From Mustelus asterias (lineage: Eukaryota), in NCBI RefSeq assembly GCF_964213995.1, contig NW_027590217.1, forward strand, positions 558,001 to 622,000: a stretch of 64,000 nucleotides of DNA, read 5' to 3'. The notes under the pieces are model-generated. The model searched no databases. It worked only from the letters and a program-made list of their open reading frames with translations, and was not told the origin of the DNA. The translations under genes were made by a program, and so were the position numbers. Below, piece by piece: positions 11,670-25,494 of the stretch (its first letter is position 1; each line of letters opens with the position of its first letter).

Positions 11670-12420
11670 AGTATTGATAGGCAAAGGGATCTGGGTGTAC
11701 AGGTACACAGGTCACTGAAAATGGCAACGCAGGTGGAGAAGGTTGTCAAGAAGGCATACAGTATGCTTGCCTTCATCGGCCGGGACATTGAGTTTAAAAA
11801 TTGGCAAGTCATGTTGCAGCTTTATAGAACCTTAGTTAGGCCGCACTTGGAATATAGTGTTCAATTCTGGTTGCCACACTACCAGAAAGATGTGGAGGCT
11901 TTGGAGAGGGAACAGAAAAGATTGACCAGGATGTTGCCTGGTATGGAGGGCATTAGCTATGAGGAGAGGTTGGAGAAACTTAGTTTGTTCTCACTGGAAC
12001 GACGGAGGTTGTGGGGTGACCTGATAGAAGTCTACAAAATTATGAGGGGCATGGACAGAGTGGATAGTCAGAAGATTTTTCCCATGGTGAAAGAGTCAAT
12101 TATTGGGGGGCACAGGTTTAAGATGCGAGGGGAAAGGTTTAAAGGAGATGTACAAGGCAAGTTTTTTACAGAGAGGGTGGTGGGTGCCTGGAACTCGTTG
12201 CCGGGGGAGGGAGTGGAAGCAGATAGTGACTTTTAAAGAGTATTTAAAGAGACTTTTAAAGTGCCTTGACAAATACATGAATGAGATGGGAATAGAGGGA
12301 TCTGGTCCCCAGAAGGGTAGGGAGTTTTAGTTCAGTCGGGCAGCACGGTCGGTGCAGGCTTGGAGGGCCTAAGGGCCTGTTCCTTTACTGTAATTTTCTT
12401 TGTTCTTTGGTCTTTGTTCT
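11670..12420 (+). mobile_element. CR1 LINE 3' fragment
   Basis: 171-aa ORF2 C-terminal peptide. Confidence 0.88.
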
Positions 12421-12457
12421 CTGTGAGAAAAGGTTTCTTCTCATCCCCATCTTAAGA

Positions 12458-12775
12458 AGCACGGCGCCACAGTGGGTTAGCACTGCTGCCTCACAGGGCC
12501 AGGGACCCAGGTTCAATTCCGGCCTTGGGTCACTGTCTGTGCAAGTCTGCACGTTCTCCCCGTGTCTGCATGGGTTTCCTCCAGGTGCTCCAGTTTCCTC
12601 CCACAGTCCAAAAGGCGTGCTGATAGGTGGATTGGCCGTGCTAAATTGTCCCTCAGTGTCAAGGGGATTAGTCGGGTAAATATGAGAGGTTACGGGGATA
12701 GGGCCTGGTTGGGATTGTTGTCAGTGCAGACTCGATGGGCCGAATGGCCTTCTTCTGCACTGTAGGGATTCTATG
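12458..12775 (+). mobile_element. HE1-like V-SINE
   Basis: Same consensus with a CR1-like tail. Confidence 0.85.
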
Positions 12776-13769
12776 ATTAAACAGAAGACCCCTTATTTTC
12801 AAACTGTGTCCCCCCCGTTCTATCTTGTTCCACAAGGGGAAACTTCCTTTCATCACGCACCCTGTCAAGTACCCTCAGGATCTCATATGATTCAACAAGA
12901 TCACTTCGCAATCTTCTAAACTCCAATGAATGCAGGTCCAGTATGTCTAACCTTTCCTCCCCCACCCCTATGTTATGTACCAGGACACCCAGATCCCTCT
13001 GTATCCCTGAGTTCTGCAATCTCTCTCTCTTTGTTGAAGTAATACGCTGCATTTTTATCCTTCCTGCCAAAGTGGACAGGTTCACATTCTCCCACATTGT
13101 CCCCCATCGACCAAATTAACCTACCTGTGTCCCTTTGCAGACTCCTGATGTCCTTTTTTGCGACTTATTTTCTCACCTATCTTTGCGTCATCGGGCAAAC
13201 GTCGTAACTATACAATCAGCCCCTTCATCCAAGTGGTGGTAAATATTTCAGGCCTCGGCAGTGATCTCTGTGACACTCTACTCATCACATCTTGCCAGCC
13301 AATCGGAAATAGATCCATTATTCCTACTCTCTGCTTCCTGTTGCTAACCGACCCTCCATGCATGCTAATATGTTACCCTCTCCCACCCGGCACTGTGAGC
13401 TCTTATTTTGTGGAGGAACCTTTGATGTGGCGCCTTGTCAAATGCCTCCTGGAAATCTAAACATCACATCTACAGATTCCCCTTTATCCATGTTGCTTGC
13501 TACTTCCTTAAAGAACCCTCCCATAAATTAATCAAAGGTGATTTCCCTTCAGAAAGCCATGTTGACTCTGCTTGAATGAATTGAGGTTTTCTCAGTGCCC
13601 GACTATAACTTCCTTAATGAAAGATTCCAGCAATTACCCTGCGATGGATGTTAAGCTATCTGGCCTGTAGTTTGCAGCATCCTGTTGCCTTCCTTTCTTG
13701 GTTCAAGGAGTCACAATCAGTCTTCTCAAATCTGATGGGAGCCCATTGCCCTTTCTTTTATAACCAGCA

Positions 13770-15177
13770 GGTATTGTGCAACAACCTCTTACATTGACTG
13801 CTGAAGTTTTCTTGCCCAATTTCACCTCCTCCTTACCAACAGAGGGCGAGAATACAAGAGCTGGGATGTACTACTGAGGCTGTATAAGGCTCTGGTCAGA
13901 CCCCATTTGGAGTAATATGGGCAGTTTTGGGCCCCGTATCTAAGGAAGGATGTGCCGGCCTTGGAAAGGGTCCAGAGGAGGTTCACAAGAATGACCCCTG
14001 GAATGAAGAGCTTGTCGTATGAGGAACAGTTGAGGACTCTGGATCTTTACTCGTTGGAGTTTAGAAGGATAAGGGGGGGTTTTTATTGAAACTTACAGGA
14101 TACTGCGAGGCCTGGATAGAGTGGATGCGGAGAGGATGTTTCCACTTGTAGGAATAACTAGAACCAGGGGGCACAACCTCAGGCTAAAGGGACAATCCTT
14201 TAAAACAGAGATGAGGAGGAATTTCTTCAGCCAGAGAGTGGTGAATCTGTGGAACTCTTTGCCACAGAAGGCTGTGGAGGCCGGGTCATTGAGTGTCTTT
14301 AAGACAGAGATTGATAAGTTCTTGATTAATAAGGGGATCAGGGGTGATGCAGAAAAGGCAGGAGAATGGGGATGAGAAAAATATCAGCCATGATTGAATG
14401 GCGGAGCAGACTCGATGGGCCGAGTGGCCTAAATCTGTTCCTATGTCTTATGTCTTATGGTTTTACGCTGGCGTACAGGGGTAAAAGATTTGGTATTGTG
14501 CAACAACCTCTTACATTGGCTGCTGAAGTTTTCTTGTCCAATTTCACCTCCTCCACACCAACAGAGGGCGAGAATACAAGAGCAGGGATGTACGTCTGAG
14601 GCTGTAAAAGGCTCTGGTCAGACCCCATTTGGAGTATTGTGAGCAGTTTTGGGCACCATATCTAAGGAAGGATGTGCTGGCCTTGGAAAGAGTCCAGAGG
14701 AGGTTCACAAGAATGATCCCTGGAATGAAGAGCTTGTCGTATGAGGAACGATTGAGGACTCTGGGTCTGTTCTCATTGGAGTTTGGAAGGATGAGGGGGG
14801 GATCTTATTGAAACTTACAGGATACTGCGAGGCCTGGATAGAGTGGACGTGGAGAGGATGTTTCCACTAGTAGGAAAAACTAGAACCAGAGGGCACAACC
14901 TCAGGCTAAAGGGACGATCCTTTAAAACAGAGATGAGGAGGAATTTCTTCAGCCAGAGAGTGGTGAATCTGTGGAACTCTTTGCCGCAGAAGGCTGTGGA
15001 GGCCGGGTCATTGAGTGTCTTTAAGACAGAGATAGATAGGTTCTTGATTAATAAGGGGATCGGGGTTATGGAGAAAAGGCAGGAGAATGGGGATGAGAAA
15101 AATATCAGCCAGGATTGAATGGTAGAGCAGATGCAATGGGCCGACTGGCCTAATTCTGCTCCTGTGTCTTATGGTCT
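13770..15177 (+). repeat. Tandem duplication (~720 bp) of flank plus CR1 3' fragment
   Basis: Both copies begin GGTATTGTGCAACAACCTCTTACATTG (13770, 14492) and share the CR1 truncation point. Confidence 0.88.
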
Positions 15178-15212
15178 AACAGTTTTAGATGGAAAATAAT
15201 ATCTTTACTAAC

Positions 15213-15527
15213 TTTTAGGTCTTGTGTATTGCCGTTCCACCATTGTGTTGGAGTCGTGGCCCGCCTTGCAGTGGTAGACACTATTGGTATTCCAATCTGA
15301 CGCAGAGACTTTCAGCACACTGCTCATTGTGTATTTCATGTCTCTTCCCTGGACTGGCGGAAACTTCTTGATTCCAGTCGTAATGACCCTATTGTTCCTG
15401 GACCATGTCTGAGTGATGTCCTTGGGTTGAAAGTCCTTGACCAGGCAGACGAGGCTGATCTCACCTTGGTTTGAGTTCATGTCACAGGAAGTGTTGGGGA
15501 TGTAGACCAATGGTGCAGTCTGGGTAA
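15213..15527 (-). CDS. IgW: IgW CH1 exon ([16 protein letters not shown]...[10 protein letters not shown]...YHCKAGH...RPK)
   Basis: Acceptor TTTCAG, donor A|GTTAGT, 315 nt, C1-set Cys-Trp-Cys pattern plus an extra N-terminal Cys (probable light-chain link). Confidence 0.92.
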
Positions 15528-15679
15528 CTGAAATATAAATAATTGCACATGGATAAGCTTCGTAAATAAATATATACAAACATGCAGCAGGAGGTGGCTA
15601 TTCAGACCTTCCAGCTTGCTCCGCCATTTGATCGCAGCTTATCTGATTGTGGCCGCATTCTACTTTCCTGTCTGCCCCT

Positions 15680-16740
15680 ATAACATAGAAGATAGGAGAA
15701 GGAGGAGGCCATTCAGCCCTTCGAGCCTGCTCCGCCATTCATCACCATTATGGCTGATCATCCAACTCAATAGCCTAATCCTGCTTTCTCCCCATAACCT
15801 TTGATCCCGTTCGCCCCCCAGTGCCCTATCCAGCCGCCTCTTGGATACATTCAATGTTTTGGCATCAACTACTTCCTGTGGTAATGAATTCCACAGACTC
15901 ACCACTCTCTGGGTGAAGAAATGTCCCCTCACCTCCATCCTAAATGGTCTACCCTGACTCTTCAGACTGTGACCCCTGGTTCTGGATTCCCCCCCCACCA
16001 TCAGGAACATCCTCCCTGCATCTATTCTGTCTAGACCTGTTAGAATTTTATAAGTCTCTACGAGATCCCCTCTCATTCGTCTGAACTCCAGCGAAAACTT
16101 TCTCAGAAGACCAAAGAAATTTGGCATGTCAGCTACAACTCTCACCAACTTTTACAGATGCACCATAGAAAGCATTCTTTCTGGATGTATCACAGCTTGG
16201 TCTGGGGCTCCTGCTCTGCCCAAGACCGCAAGGAACTACAAAAGGTCGTGATTGTAGCCCAATCCATCACGCAAACCAGCCTCCCATCCATTGCCTCTGT
16301 CTACACTTCCCGCTGTCTCAGGGGAAAGCAGCCGGCATAATTAAGGACCCCCCCACACACCCCGGACATTCTCTCTTCCACCTTCTTCCCGTCGAGGAAA
16401 AAGATACAAAAGTCTGAGGTCACGTACCAACCAACTCAAGAACAGCTTCTTCCCTGCTGCTGTCAGACTTTTGAATGGACCCACCTCGCATTAAGTTGAT
16501 CTTTCTCTGCACCCTAGCTGTGACTGTAACACTACATTCTGCACTCTCCTTTCCTTCTCCATGAACGGTATGCTTTGTCTGTATAGCGCGCAAGAAACAA
16601 TACTTTTCACTGTATGTTAATACATGTGACAATAATAAATCAAATCAAATCAAATCAAATTAGATCAAAAACAATCCTAACCTAGTCAATCTCTCCTCCT
16701 ACATTAGCCCCGCCATCCCCGGAATCAGCCTGGTAACCTT
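15680..16740. mobile_element. Minus-strand CR1 fragment interrupted by a plus-strand Rex1/Babar-like 3' fragment (~16097-16660)
   Basis: Chimeric ORF 15678-16148 and (ATCAA)n tail at ~16640. Confidence 0.8.
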
Positions 16741-17379
16741 TGACTCCCTTGTTAACCAAGAACCTATCTGGATCAGCCTGGAAAATATTCAATGACCATG
16801 TCCCACTGCCGTCCTGGGAAGTGAATTCCACATATTCCGACCCCCTGAGAGAAAGAATTTGCCCCCATCTTCAGGTTATTTTTAAATGTGTCCCCTCGTT
16901 GTAGTCTCTCCAACAAGGGGGAATAGGCTGACATTCCAATGCAGTGCTGAGGCTGCGATGTGCTGTGTGAAGTGCCGTATTGCACACGAGAGGTTAAATC
17001 GAGGCACCCCCCGCATGGCCACTTTCACAGAAGAGCAAGGACCTTCTCCCCAGTGCCATGGCCAATGTTCATCCCTGATCCAACATCACTAAATCCGATT
17101 ATCTGGAACAATATTACATTGCTGCTGGAGGAATCTTGCTGTGCACAGTTTGGCTGCTGTGTTTCCCTGCATCAGACTCGCGTCTCCAATTCAGAAACGC
17201 CCTTTGGGACGTTTTGCAGTTGTGAAAGACATTGTGCGAGATTTTTCTGGCAGCGTGCATCCCAAGACTGGAAATTTCCCACCTGAGCTCAACACACCTT
17301 TAAATGGTCTCCCGATTCTTCTATCCCGCTCGCTACAATTCCTGCGGCAGGCGCAACGGGAAATTTCCAGCCATTGTTG

Positions 17380-18400
17380 GGAACGCAACTAGTGACTAGT
17401 GGTGTGCCTCAGGGATCAGTGTTGGGACCACAATTGTTTACGATTTACATCGATGATTGGAGTTGGGGATCAAGTGTGTCAGAATTCGCAGATGACACCA
17501 AGATGAGTGGCAGAGCAAAGTGTGCAGAGGACGCTGAAAGTCTGCAAAGGGATATAGATAGTCTAAGTGAGTGGGCGAGGGTCTGGCAGATGGAATACAA
17601 TGTTGGTAAATGTGGAGTCATCCATTTTGGTCGGAATAACAGCAAAATGGACTATTATTTAAATGGTAAAAAATTGCAGCATGCTGCTGTGCAGAGGGAC
17701 CTGGGTGTCCTTGTGCAGGAATCACAAGGAGTTGGTCTGCAGGTGCAACAGGTAATGAAGAAGGCAAATGGAATTTTGCCCTTCATTGCGAGAGGGATGG
17801 AGTTTAAAACAGCGAGATTATGTTGCAGCTGTGTAAGGTGCTGGTGAGGCCACACCTGGAGTTACTGTGTACAGTTTTGGTCTCCTTACTTGAGAAAGGA
17901 TATACTGGCACTGGAGGGGGTGCAGAGGAGATTCACGAGGTTGATTCTGGAGTTGAGAGGGTTGGCTTATGAAGAGAGACTGAGTAGACTGGGGCTATAC
18001 TCACTGGAATTCAGAAGAATGAGGGGAGATCTTATAGAAACATATAAGATTATGAAGGGAATAGATAAGATAGAAGCAGGGAAGTTGTTTCCACTGGCGG
18101 GTGAAACTAGAACTAGGGGGCATGGCCTCAAAATAAGGGGGAGTAGATTTAGGACTGAGTTGAGGAGGAACTTCTTCACACAAAGGGTTGTGAATCTGTG
18201 GAATTCCCTGCCCAGTTGAGGCTTCCTCATTGAATGTTTTTAAGGCAAGGATAGATAGATTTTTGAACAGTGAAGGAATTAAGGGTTATGGGGAGCGGGC
18301 GGGTAAGTGGAGCTGAGTCCACGAAAAGATCTTATTGAATGGCGGAGCAGACTCGAGGGGCCAGATGGCCGACTCCTGCTCCTAGTTCTTATGTTCTTAT
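17380..18400 (+). mobile_element. CR1 LINE RT/C-terminal fragment
   Basis: GVPQGSVLGP and FADDTK motifs, frameshifted. Confidence 0.9.
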
Positions 18401-18439
18401 TATTGTGTAAGTTAAAGTCTCTTTCTGAAAAAACAGCAA

Positions 18440-19190
18440 AACATAGAATTGCAGTATCACCACCAAAAGGTGTAATGGTCATGTCAATGCACCAATAATT
18501 CAGAGCTCGGGCTAATGCTTTGGGGACATGGGTTCAACTTCCAGCGTGGTCAGTGGTGAAATTTAAATTCAATTTCCAAATCTGGACGAGAAAGTTAGCC
18601 TCAGTGATGGCAACCATGAAACTATCATTGACATCTGGTTCACTAATGTCCTTTAGAGAAGGAAATCTGCCTTCCTTACCTGGTCTGGCCTACATGTAAC
18701 TCCAGAGCCACAGCAATGTGGTTGGATTTATTTATTCATTTGTGGGACATGGGCGTCGCTGGCTGGCCAGCATTTACTGCCCCTCTCTAGGAGACTGAGG
18801 GAGTTGAGAGTCAACCACATTGCTGTGGCTCTGGAGTCACATGTAGGCCAGACCGGGTAAGGACCCAGATTTCCTTCCCTAAAGGACATTACTGAACCAG
18901 ATGGGTTTTTCTGACAATCGACAATGGTTTCATGGTCATCAGTAGGTTCTTAATTCCAGATATTTTATTGAATTCAAATTCCACCATCTGCCGTGGCAGG
19001 ATTCGAACTCAGGTCCCCAGAACATTCGCTGGGTTTCGAGATTAATAGTCTAGCGATAATACCACTGGACCATCGCATCCCCGACTCTTACCTACCCTCT
19101 GAAATGGCCAAGCGAGACACTCAGTTCAAGGGCAATCAGGGATGGGCCACAAATGCTGGCTTTCCCAGTGATGTCTCCACCCCATGAAAT
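18440..19190. mobile_element. Deu-domain-like SINE cluster (related copies at ~4240-4605 and ~49860-50505)
   Basis: Conserved GGAAGGAAATCTGCC...CTGGCCTACATGT.ACTCCAGAGCCACAGCAATGTGGTTG core in both orientations. Confidence 0.6.
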
Positions 19191-19369
19191 ACAGCTCAGT
19201 CCCGTAAGCCGACTCCTGCTCCCAGTTCTTATTTCAAACCCACCTCCCCCGCCCCCCTTGTTATATTCACTAATATTGATGGTCATGAATTACAAGGGGT
19301 TGTGAAAGAAAGAAGCTGCATTTAGCACCTTTCATGTCCTCACAATGTCCCCGAGCATTTTGCAGCACT

Positions 19370-20820
19370 TTGGTAGGTTAGGAGAGTGGGCAAAGAAGCG
19401 GCAGATGGAATTACAATGTGGAAAAGTGTGAGGTTATCACTTTGGAAGAAGGAATGGAGGCACAGACTATTTTCTCAATGGGGAAATGAGTAACACGAAG
19501 GGACTTGGGAGTCCTTGTTCAAGATTCTCTTCAGGTTAATGTGCAGGTTCAGTCGGCAGTTAGGAAGGAAAATGCAATGTTAGCATTCATGTCAAGAGGG
19601 CTAGAATACAAGAGCAGGGATGTACTTCTGAGGCTGTATAAGGCTCTGGTCAGACCCCATTTGAAGTATTGTGAGCAGTTTTGGGCCCCGTATCTAAGGA
19701 AGGATGAGCTGGCCTTGGAAAGGGTCCAGAGGAGATTCACAAGAATGATCCCTGGAATGAAGAGCTTGTCGTATGAGGAACGGGTTGAGGACTCTGGGCC
19801 TGTACTCGTTGGAGTTTAGAAGGATGAGGGGGATCTTATTGAAACTTACAGGATACCGCGAGGCCTGGATAGAGTGGACGTGGAGAGGATGTTTCCACTA
19901 GACGGAAAAACTAGAACCACAACCTCAGGGTAAAGGGACGATCCTTTAAAACAGAGATGAGGAGGAATTTCTTCAGCCAGAGAGTGGTGAATCTGTGGAA
20001 CTCTTTGCTGCAGAAGGCTGTGGAGGCCAGGTCATTGAGTGTCTTTAAGACAGAGATAGATAGGTTCCTGATTAATAAGGGGATCGGGGGTTATGGGGAA
20101 AAGGCAGGAGAATGGGGATGAGAAAAATATCAGCCATGATTGAATGGCGGAGCAGACTCGATGGGCCGAGTGGCCTCATTCTGTTCCTATGTCAGATGGT
20201 CTTATAAGCTGGTTAAGAAGGTATATGGGATACCTGTCTTTATTTGCCGAGGTATAGAATATAAGAGCAGGGAGGTCATGCTGGAACTGTACAAGATGCT
20301 TCTTGAGTCACAATTAGAGTACTGCCTGCAGTTCAGGTCACCCCATCAGGATGTGACTGCACTGGAGAGGGTGCAGAGGAGATTTTCCAGGGTGCTGCTT
20401 GGGCTGGAGGGTCTGAGCTCTGAGGAAAGATTGGATCGGCTGGCGCTGTTTTCCTTGGAGCAGTGAAGGTTGAGAGGGGACCTGATAGGCGTGTATGAGA
20501 TTATGAGAGGGTGGACACAGAGATAGGAGGCATCAATAATCAGGGATCATTGATTTAAGGTCAGAGGTGGAAGGTTAAGAGGGGTGTGGAGGAGAAACTT
20601 TTTCACCCAGAGAGTGGTGGGAGTCTGGAACTCGATGTCTGAAAGGGTCGTTGATTCAGAAACTCTCGTCACATTGAAGAGGTATTTAGATATTCACTTG
20701 CAATGCCATTACCTTCAGGGATATGGGCCAAGTGCTGGGAAATGGGGTTAGTGCCTTCAGATTTCTGTCGACTGGCATGAACTTGATGAGCTGAATGGCC
20801 TCCTTCCGTGCTACGAATGT
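19370..20820 (+). mobile_element. Two adjacent CR1 3' fragments
   Basis: Two successive ORF2 C-terminal peptides, each with a 3' UTR. Confidence 0.82.
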
Positions 20821-20911
20821 ATTCGACTTGTGGGACACCGAGTGAGAGGGAGGGAGAAAGACAGAGCGAGCGGCAAAGCAATTCAAAAAGGGGAGAGAAT
20901 GAAAGACTGAA

Positions 20912-21228
20912 AGGTGGCGCAGTGGTTAGCACTGCTGCCTCACAGTGCCAGGGACCCGGGTTCAATTCCGGCCTCGGGTCACTGTCCGTGCGGAGTTTGC
21001 ACGTTCTCCCCGTGTCTGCGTGGGTTTCCTCCGCGTGCTCTGGTTTCCTCCCATCGTCCAAAGATGTGCGGGTTAGGTTGATTGGCCTTGATAAATTGAC
21101 CCGAATGTCAGGGGGATTAGGAAGGTAGATACGTGGGGTTACGGGGATAGGACAGGACCTGGGTGGGATTGTGGTCGGTGCAGGCTTGATGGGCTGAATG
21201 GCCTCCTTCTGCACTGTAGATTCTATGA
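20912..21228 (+). mobile_element. HE1-like V-SINE
   Basis: Same consensus. Confidence 0.85.
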
Positions 21229-21559
21229 AAAGCAAAGGAAAAAAACCTGAGGGGGAGAGAAAATAGAGAAAGACCGAGGAAGAAAGACAAGAGGTTAAAA
21301 GATGAGAAGAAAAAAGAAAAGAGTAAAAGAAAAAAGTGGAACCCAGCGACTGAATTCAGACAAGATGCTGAACAATAACCACGGTAAAAAATAATGTTGA
21401 GAATCATCTGGGCATGAGAAATATTTGACTGTCCAGTTTCCAACATCTTTCTGGTAAAGATCAATGTGAATTGGAATCACCGACTGAGGTATTTATTCCA
21501 GGTAAGGTAACCCCTCACTCAGTGTTTGTGCTCAGTAATACATACAACACGTGTGAAAT

Positions 21560-22237
21560 AAGGTTAACGTGCAGGTTCAGTCGGCAGTTAGGAAGGCAAA
21601 TGCAATGTTAGCATTCATGTCGAGAGGGCTAGAATACAAGGGCAGGGATGTACTTCTGAGGCTGTATAAGGCTCTGGTCAGACCCCATTTGGAGTACTGA
21701 GAGCAGTTTTGGGCCCCGTATCTAAGGAAGGATGAGCTGGCCTTGGAAAGGGTCTAGAGGAGGTTCACAAGAATGATCCCTGGAATGAAGAGCTTGTCGT
21801 ATGAGGAACGGTTGAGGACTCTGGATCCGTACTCGTTGGAGTTGAGAAGGATGAGGGGGGATCTGATTGAAACTGACAGGATACTGCGAGGCCTGGATAG
21901 AGTGGACGTGGAGAGGATGTTTCCACTATGGGAAAAACTAGAACCAGAGGGCACAACCTCAGGGTAAAGGGACGATCCTTTAAAACAGAGATGAGGAGGA
22001 ATTTCTTCAGCCAGAGAGTGGTGAATCTGTGGAACTCTTTGCTGCAGAAGGCTGTGGAGGCCGGGTCATTGAGTGTCTTTAAGACAGAGATTGATAAGTT
22101 CTTGATTAATAAGGGGGTCAGGGGTTATGGGGGAAAGGCAGGAGAATGGGGATGAGAAAAATACCAGCCAGGATTGAATGGCGGAGCAGACTCGATGGGC
22201 CGAGTGGTCTAATTCTGCCCCTATGTCTTATAGTCTT
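21560..22237 (+). mobile_element. CR1 LINE 3' fragment
   Basis: ORF2 C-terminal peptides. Confidence 0.85.
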
Positions 22238-22559
22238 AAATAGGAATAGAAGCAGCCATTAGGCCCCTTAAACGCGCTCCACCATTCAATAAGATCATGG
22301 GTCATCTATTTGTGTTTCGAATTCCACATTCCCTTCTACTCCCGATCACCTTAGATTTCCTTCCTTAACAAGAATCTGTCCATTGATCTATTTATCTTAA
22401 AGATATTCAGTGACCCTCGCACTCCACCACCTTTTGAGGCAGAGAGTCCCAAAGTCGCACAACCCTCTGAGAGTAAATATTTCTCCTCATCTCTGTACTA
22501 AAAGAGCAACTCCTAATTTTAAAACAGCTCCCCCCTACTTCTTCACTCATCCACAAGCT

Positions 22560-23345
22560 ATCGTTAAAGAACACTATAGTTAAGGAACCCCACCAAAACC
22601 TCTACTTTCTCAGGACGCTGAGGAAATTTGACAGGTCCGCTATGACTCTCAGCAACTTTTACAGATGCTCCATAGAAAGCATCCTTTCTGGTTGTATCAC
22701 AGCTTGGTATGGGGCTCCTGCTCTGCCCAAAACCGCAAGGAACTACAAAATGTCGTGAATGTAGCCCAGTCCATCACGCAAACCAGCCTCCCATCCATTG
22801 ACTCTGTCTACACTTCCCGCTGCCTCAGGGAAAAGCAGTCAGCATAATCAAGGACCCCCCACACACCCTGGACATTCTCTCTTCCACCTTCTTCCCTCGG
22901 GAAAAAGATACAAAAGTCTGAGGACCCGTACCAACCGACTCAAGAACAGCTTCTTCCCTGCTGCTGTCCGACTTTTGAATGGACTTATCTCGCATTAAGC
23001 TGATCTTTCTCTACACCCTAGCCATGACTGTAACACTACATTCTGCGCTCTCTCCTTTCCTTCTCTATGAACGGTATGCTTTGTAGAGCGCGCAAGGAAC
23101 AAGACTTTTCACTATATGTTAATACATGTGACAATAATAAATCAAATCAAATCAAATCGCTATATGCATATATACACATTCAATTGATCTTTCTCTAAAC
23201 CCTCGCTATGACTGTAACACTACATTCTGCACTCTCTCCTTTCCTTCTCTCTGTAAGGTAATGTTCTGTCTGTATAGTGCACAAGAAACAATACTTTTCA
23301 CTGTATCCCAATGTCGGTGACAATAATAACTCAAATCAAATCAAA
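22560..23345 (+). mobile_element. Rex1/Babar-like 3' fragment with a duplicated 3' UTR
   Basis: RLKNSFFPAAVRLLN peptide and two (ATCAA)n tails. Confidence 0.8.
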
Positions 23346-23349
23346 GAGA

Positions 23350-24750
23350 ATTTAGCATCCTTTCCACTTCCACCTTATCAACATCGTTCAGAATCTTTTA
23401 GACTTCATTCAAGTCACCCCTCACTCTTCTAAACTCCAGTGGAAACAAGCCCAGCCTGTCCAACCTTTCCTCATAAGACCAGAGGTTCAGTCCAGGTACC
23501 AATCTGGTAAACTTCCTCTGTACTGCCTCCAACACATTTACATCGTTGATTAAATTAGGAGACCAAAATCGTCGTATTTGAGATACAGTCTCACCAATGC
23601 CCTGAATAACTGAAGCGTAACCCCCTCCCCCACTCCGTTTTATGTTCAATTTCTCTCGTCCTACCGGATCGCATTCCGTTAGCCTTCCTAATGACTCGCT
23701 GTACCTGCCTATTGACCTTTTGTGATTCATGCACTAGAGCACCCAGATCCCTCTGCACCTTGGATTTCTGCAGGCATTCTCCATTTAAGTAATTCTCTGC
23801 TTTTTTATTGTTCCTTCCAAAGTGAACAGCTTCACATTTCCCCACATTATACCCCATCTTTACCCACTCACTCAACCTATCTACATGATGATTCCACCAC
23901 ACAGCCTGTGTGAGAATAAAACACAAAGGATATTGTTAAACTAGAAAAAGTGCAGAAAAGATTCACGAGGATGCTATCGGGACTTGATAGTTTGAGTTAT
24001 GAGGAGAGACTGAATGGACTGAGACTTCTTTCTCTGGAGCGTAGGAGACTTAGGGATGATCTTATAGAGGTCTATAAAATAATGAGGGGCACAGATCAGT
24101 TCATAGAATCAATAGAATCCCTGTAGTGCAGAAGGGGTCCACTTGGCCCATTGAGTCTGTACCAAGCACAATCCCACCCAGGCCCTATTTCCGTAACCCC
24201 ACGCATTTACCCGAGTTAATCCTCCTGACACTAGGCTCAATTTAGCATGGCCAATCCACCTAACCTACACATCTTTGGAGTGTGGGAGGAAACCGGAGCA
24301 CCCAGAGGAAACCCACACAGACACGGGGAGAATGTGCAACCTCCACACAGACAGTGACCCGAGGCTGGAATTGAACCTGGGATCCTGGCGCTGTGAGGCA
24401 GCAGTGCTAACCACTGTGCCACCATGCCGCCCAGTTAGATCGTCAACATCTTTTCCCAAAGGTAGGGGAGTCTAAAACTAGAGGGCATAGGTTTAAGGTG
24501 AGAGGGGAGAGATACAAAAGTGTCCAGAGGGGCAGTTTTTTCACACAGAGGATGGTGAGTGTCTGGAACGAGCTGCCAGAGGGAGTAGTAGAGGCGGGTA
24601 CAATTTTGTCTTTTAAAAAGCATTTATACAGTTACATGGGTAAGGTGGGTATAGGGGGATATGGGCCAAACGCAGGCAATAGGGATTAGCTTAGGGGTTA
24701 AAAAGAAAGGGTCGAAGGGCCATTTTCCATGCTGTAAACTTCTATGACTC
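23350..24750. mobile_element. CR1 fragments (minus ~23350-23880; plus ~23925-24750 interrupted by a SINE)
   Basis: ORF2 peptides. The SINE is flanked by CAGTT direct repeats. Confidence 0.8.
24102..24431 (-). mobile_element. HE1-like V-SINE
   Basis: Same consensus, CAGTT flanks. Confidence 0.85.
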
Positions 24751-25494
24751 GCAAGCTAGAAACTCGTCGGTTATCGGGTTGCCTGCTCTTGAGACACAGA
24801 GGCGGTTATCGGGTTGCCTGCTCTTGAGACACAGAGTCTGTTATTCAGTTCCATTGCTGTGAATTGAATTAAATATCAGGCGCTGGGTATAACGGGTCGC
24901 TGATCTGATAGCAACCATTTTGTATCATCACCCGAGATGAATTTCTGCACCGTGGAATCCGGGTGATGGAGGGAGGGATAATGAAAGTTTCCTGGGAGCT
25001 CTTTGTAAAGTTCCTCTGTTTGGATTCAGTTCCTCTGGGGTACATATTGAAACCACCATTGTCCTTTCATGTTAATTTAGTTAATGATGTTATTGAAATA
25101 AACCAATTCAATGCAGAAAAATAATTATGAATAGATCCTGGGGAAGTTTCACTGAAATATTTAGAGACTGCAATTCCCTTCACAAATCCCTCTCTCTCCC
25201 AACCCCACAGGTTTAGAGATGTCAGTGGATTCCTTTAACTTGAATGGACCATAAACCTGAACCTATGAAAGGATCATTTAGTTTCCCACACGGCAAAGTT
25301 AAATTGGGGGACACTGTCTCCATTAAAAGGGGCGATCAGAATATCCAACCTTGTTGCACTAACAGTGCAATAAGAAATCTGATTCCTTCCTGTTGTACTC
25401 ACGCACATTGCTGTTGTTTCTCTCCCCGCTCCTAGTTTAAAGTTTATTTATTAGTGTCACAAGTAGGCTTACATTAACACTGCAATAAAGTTAT

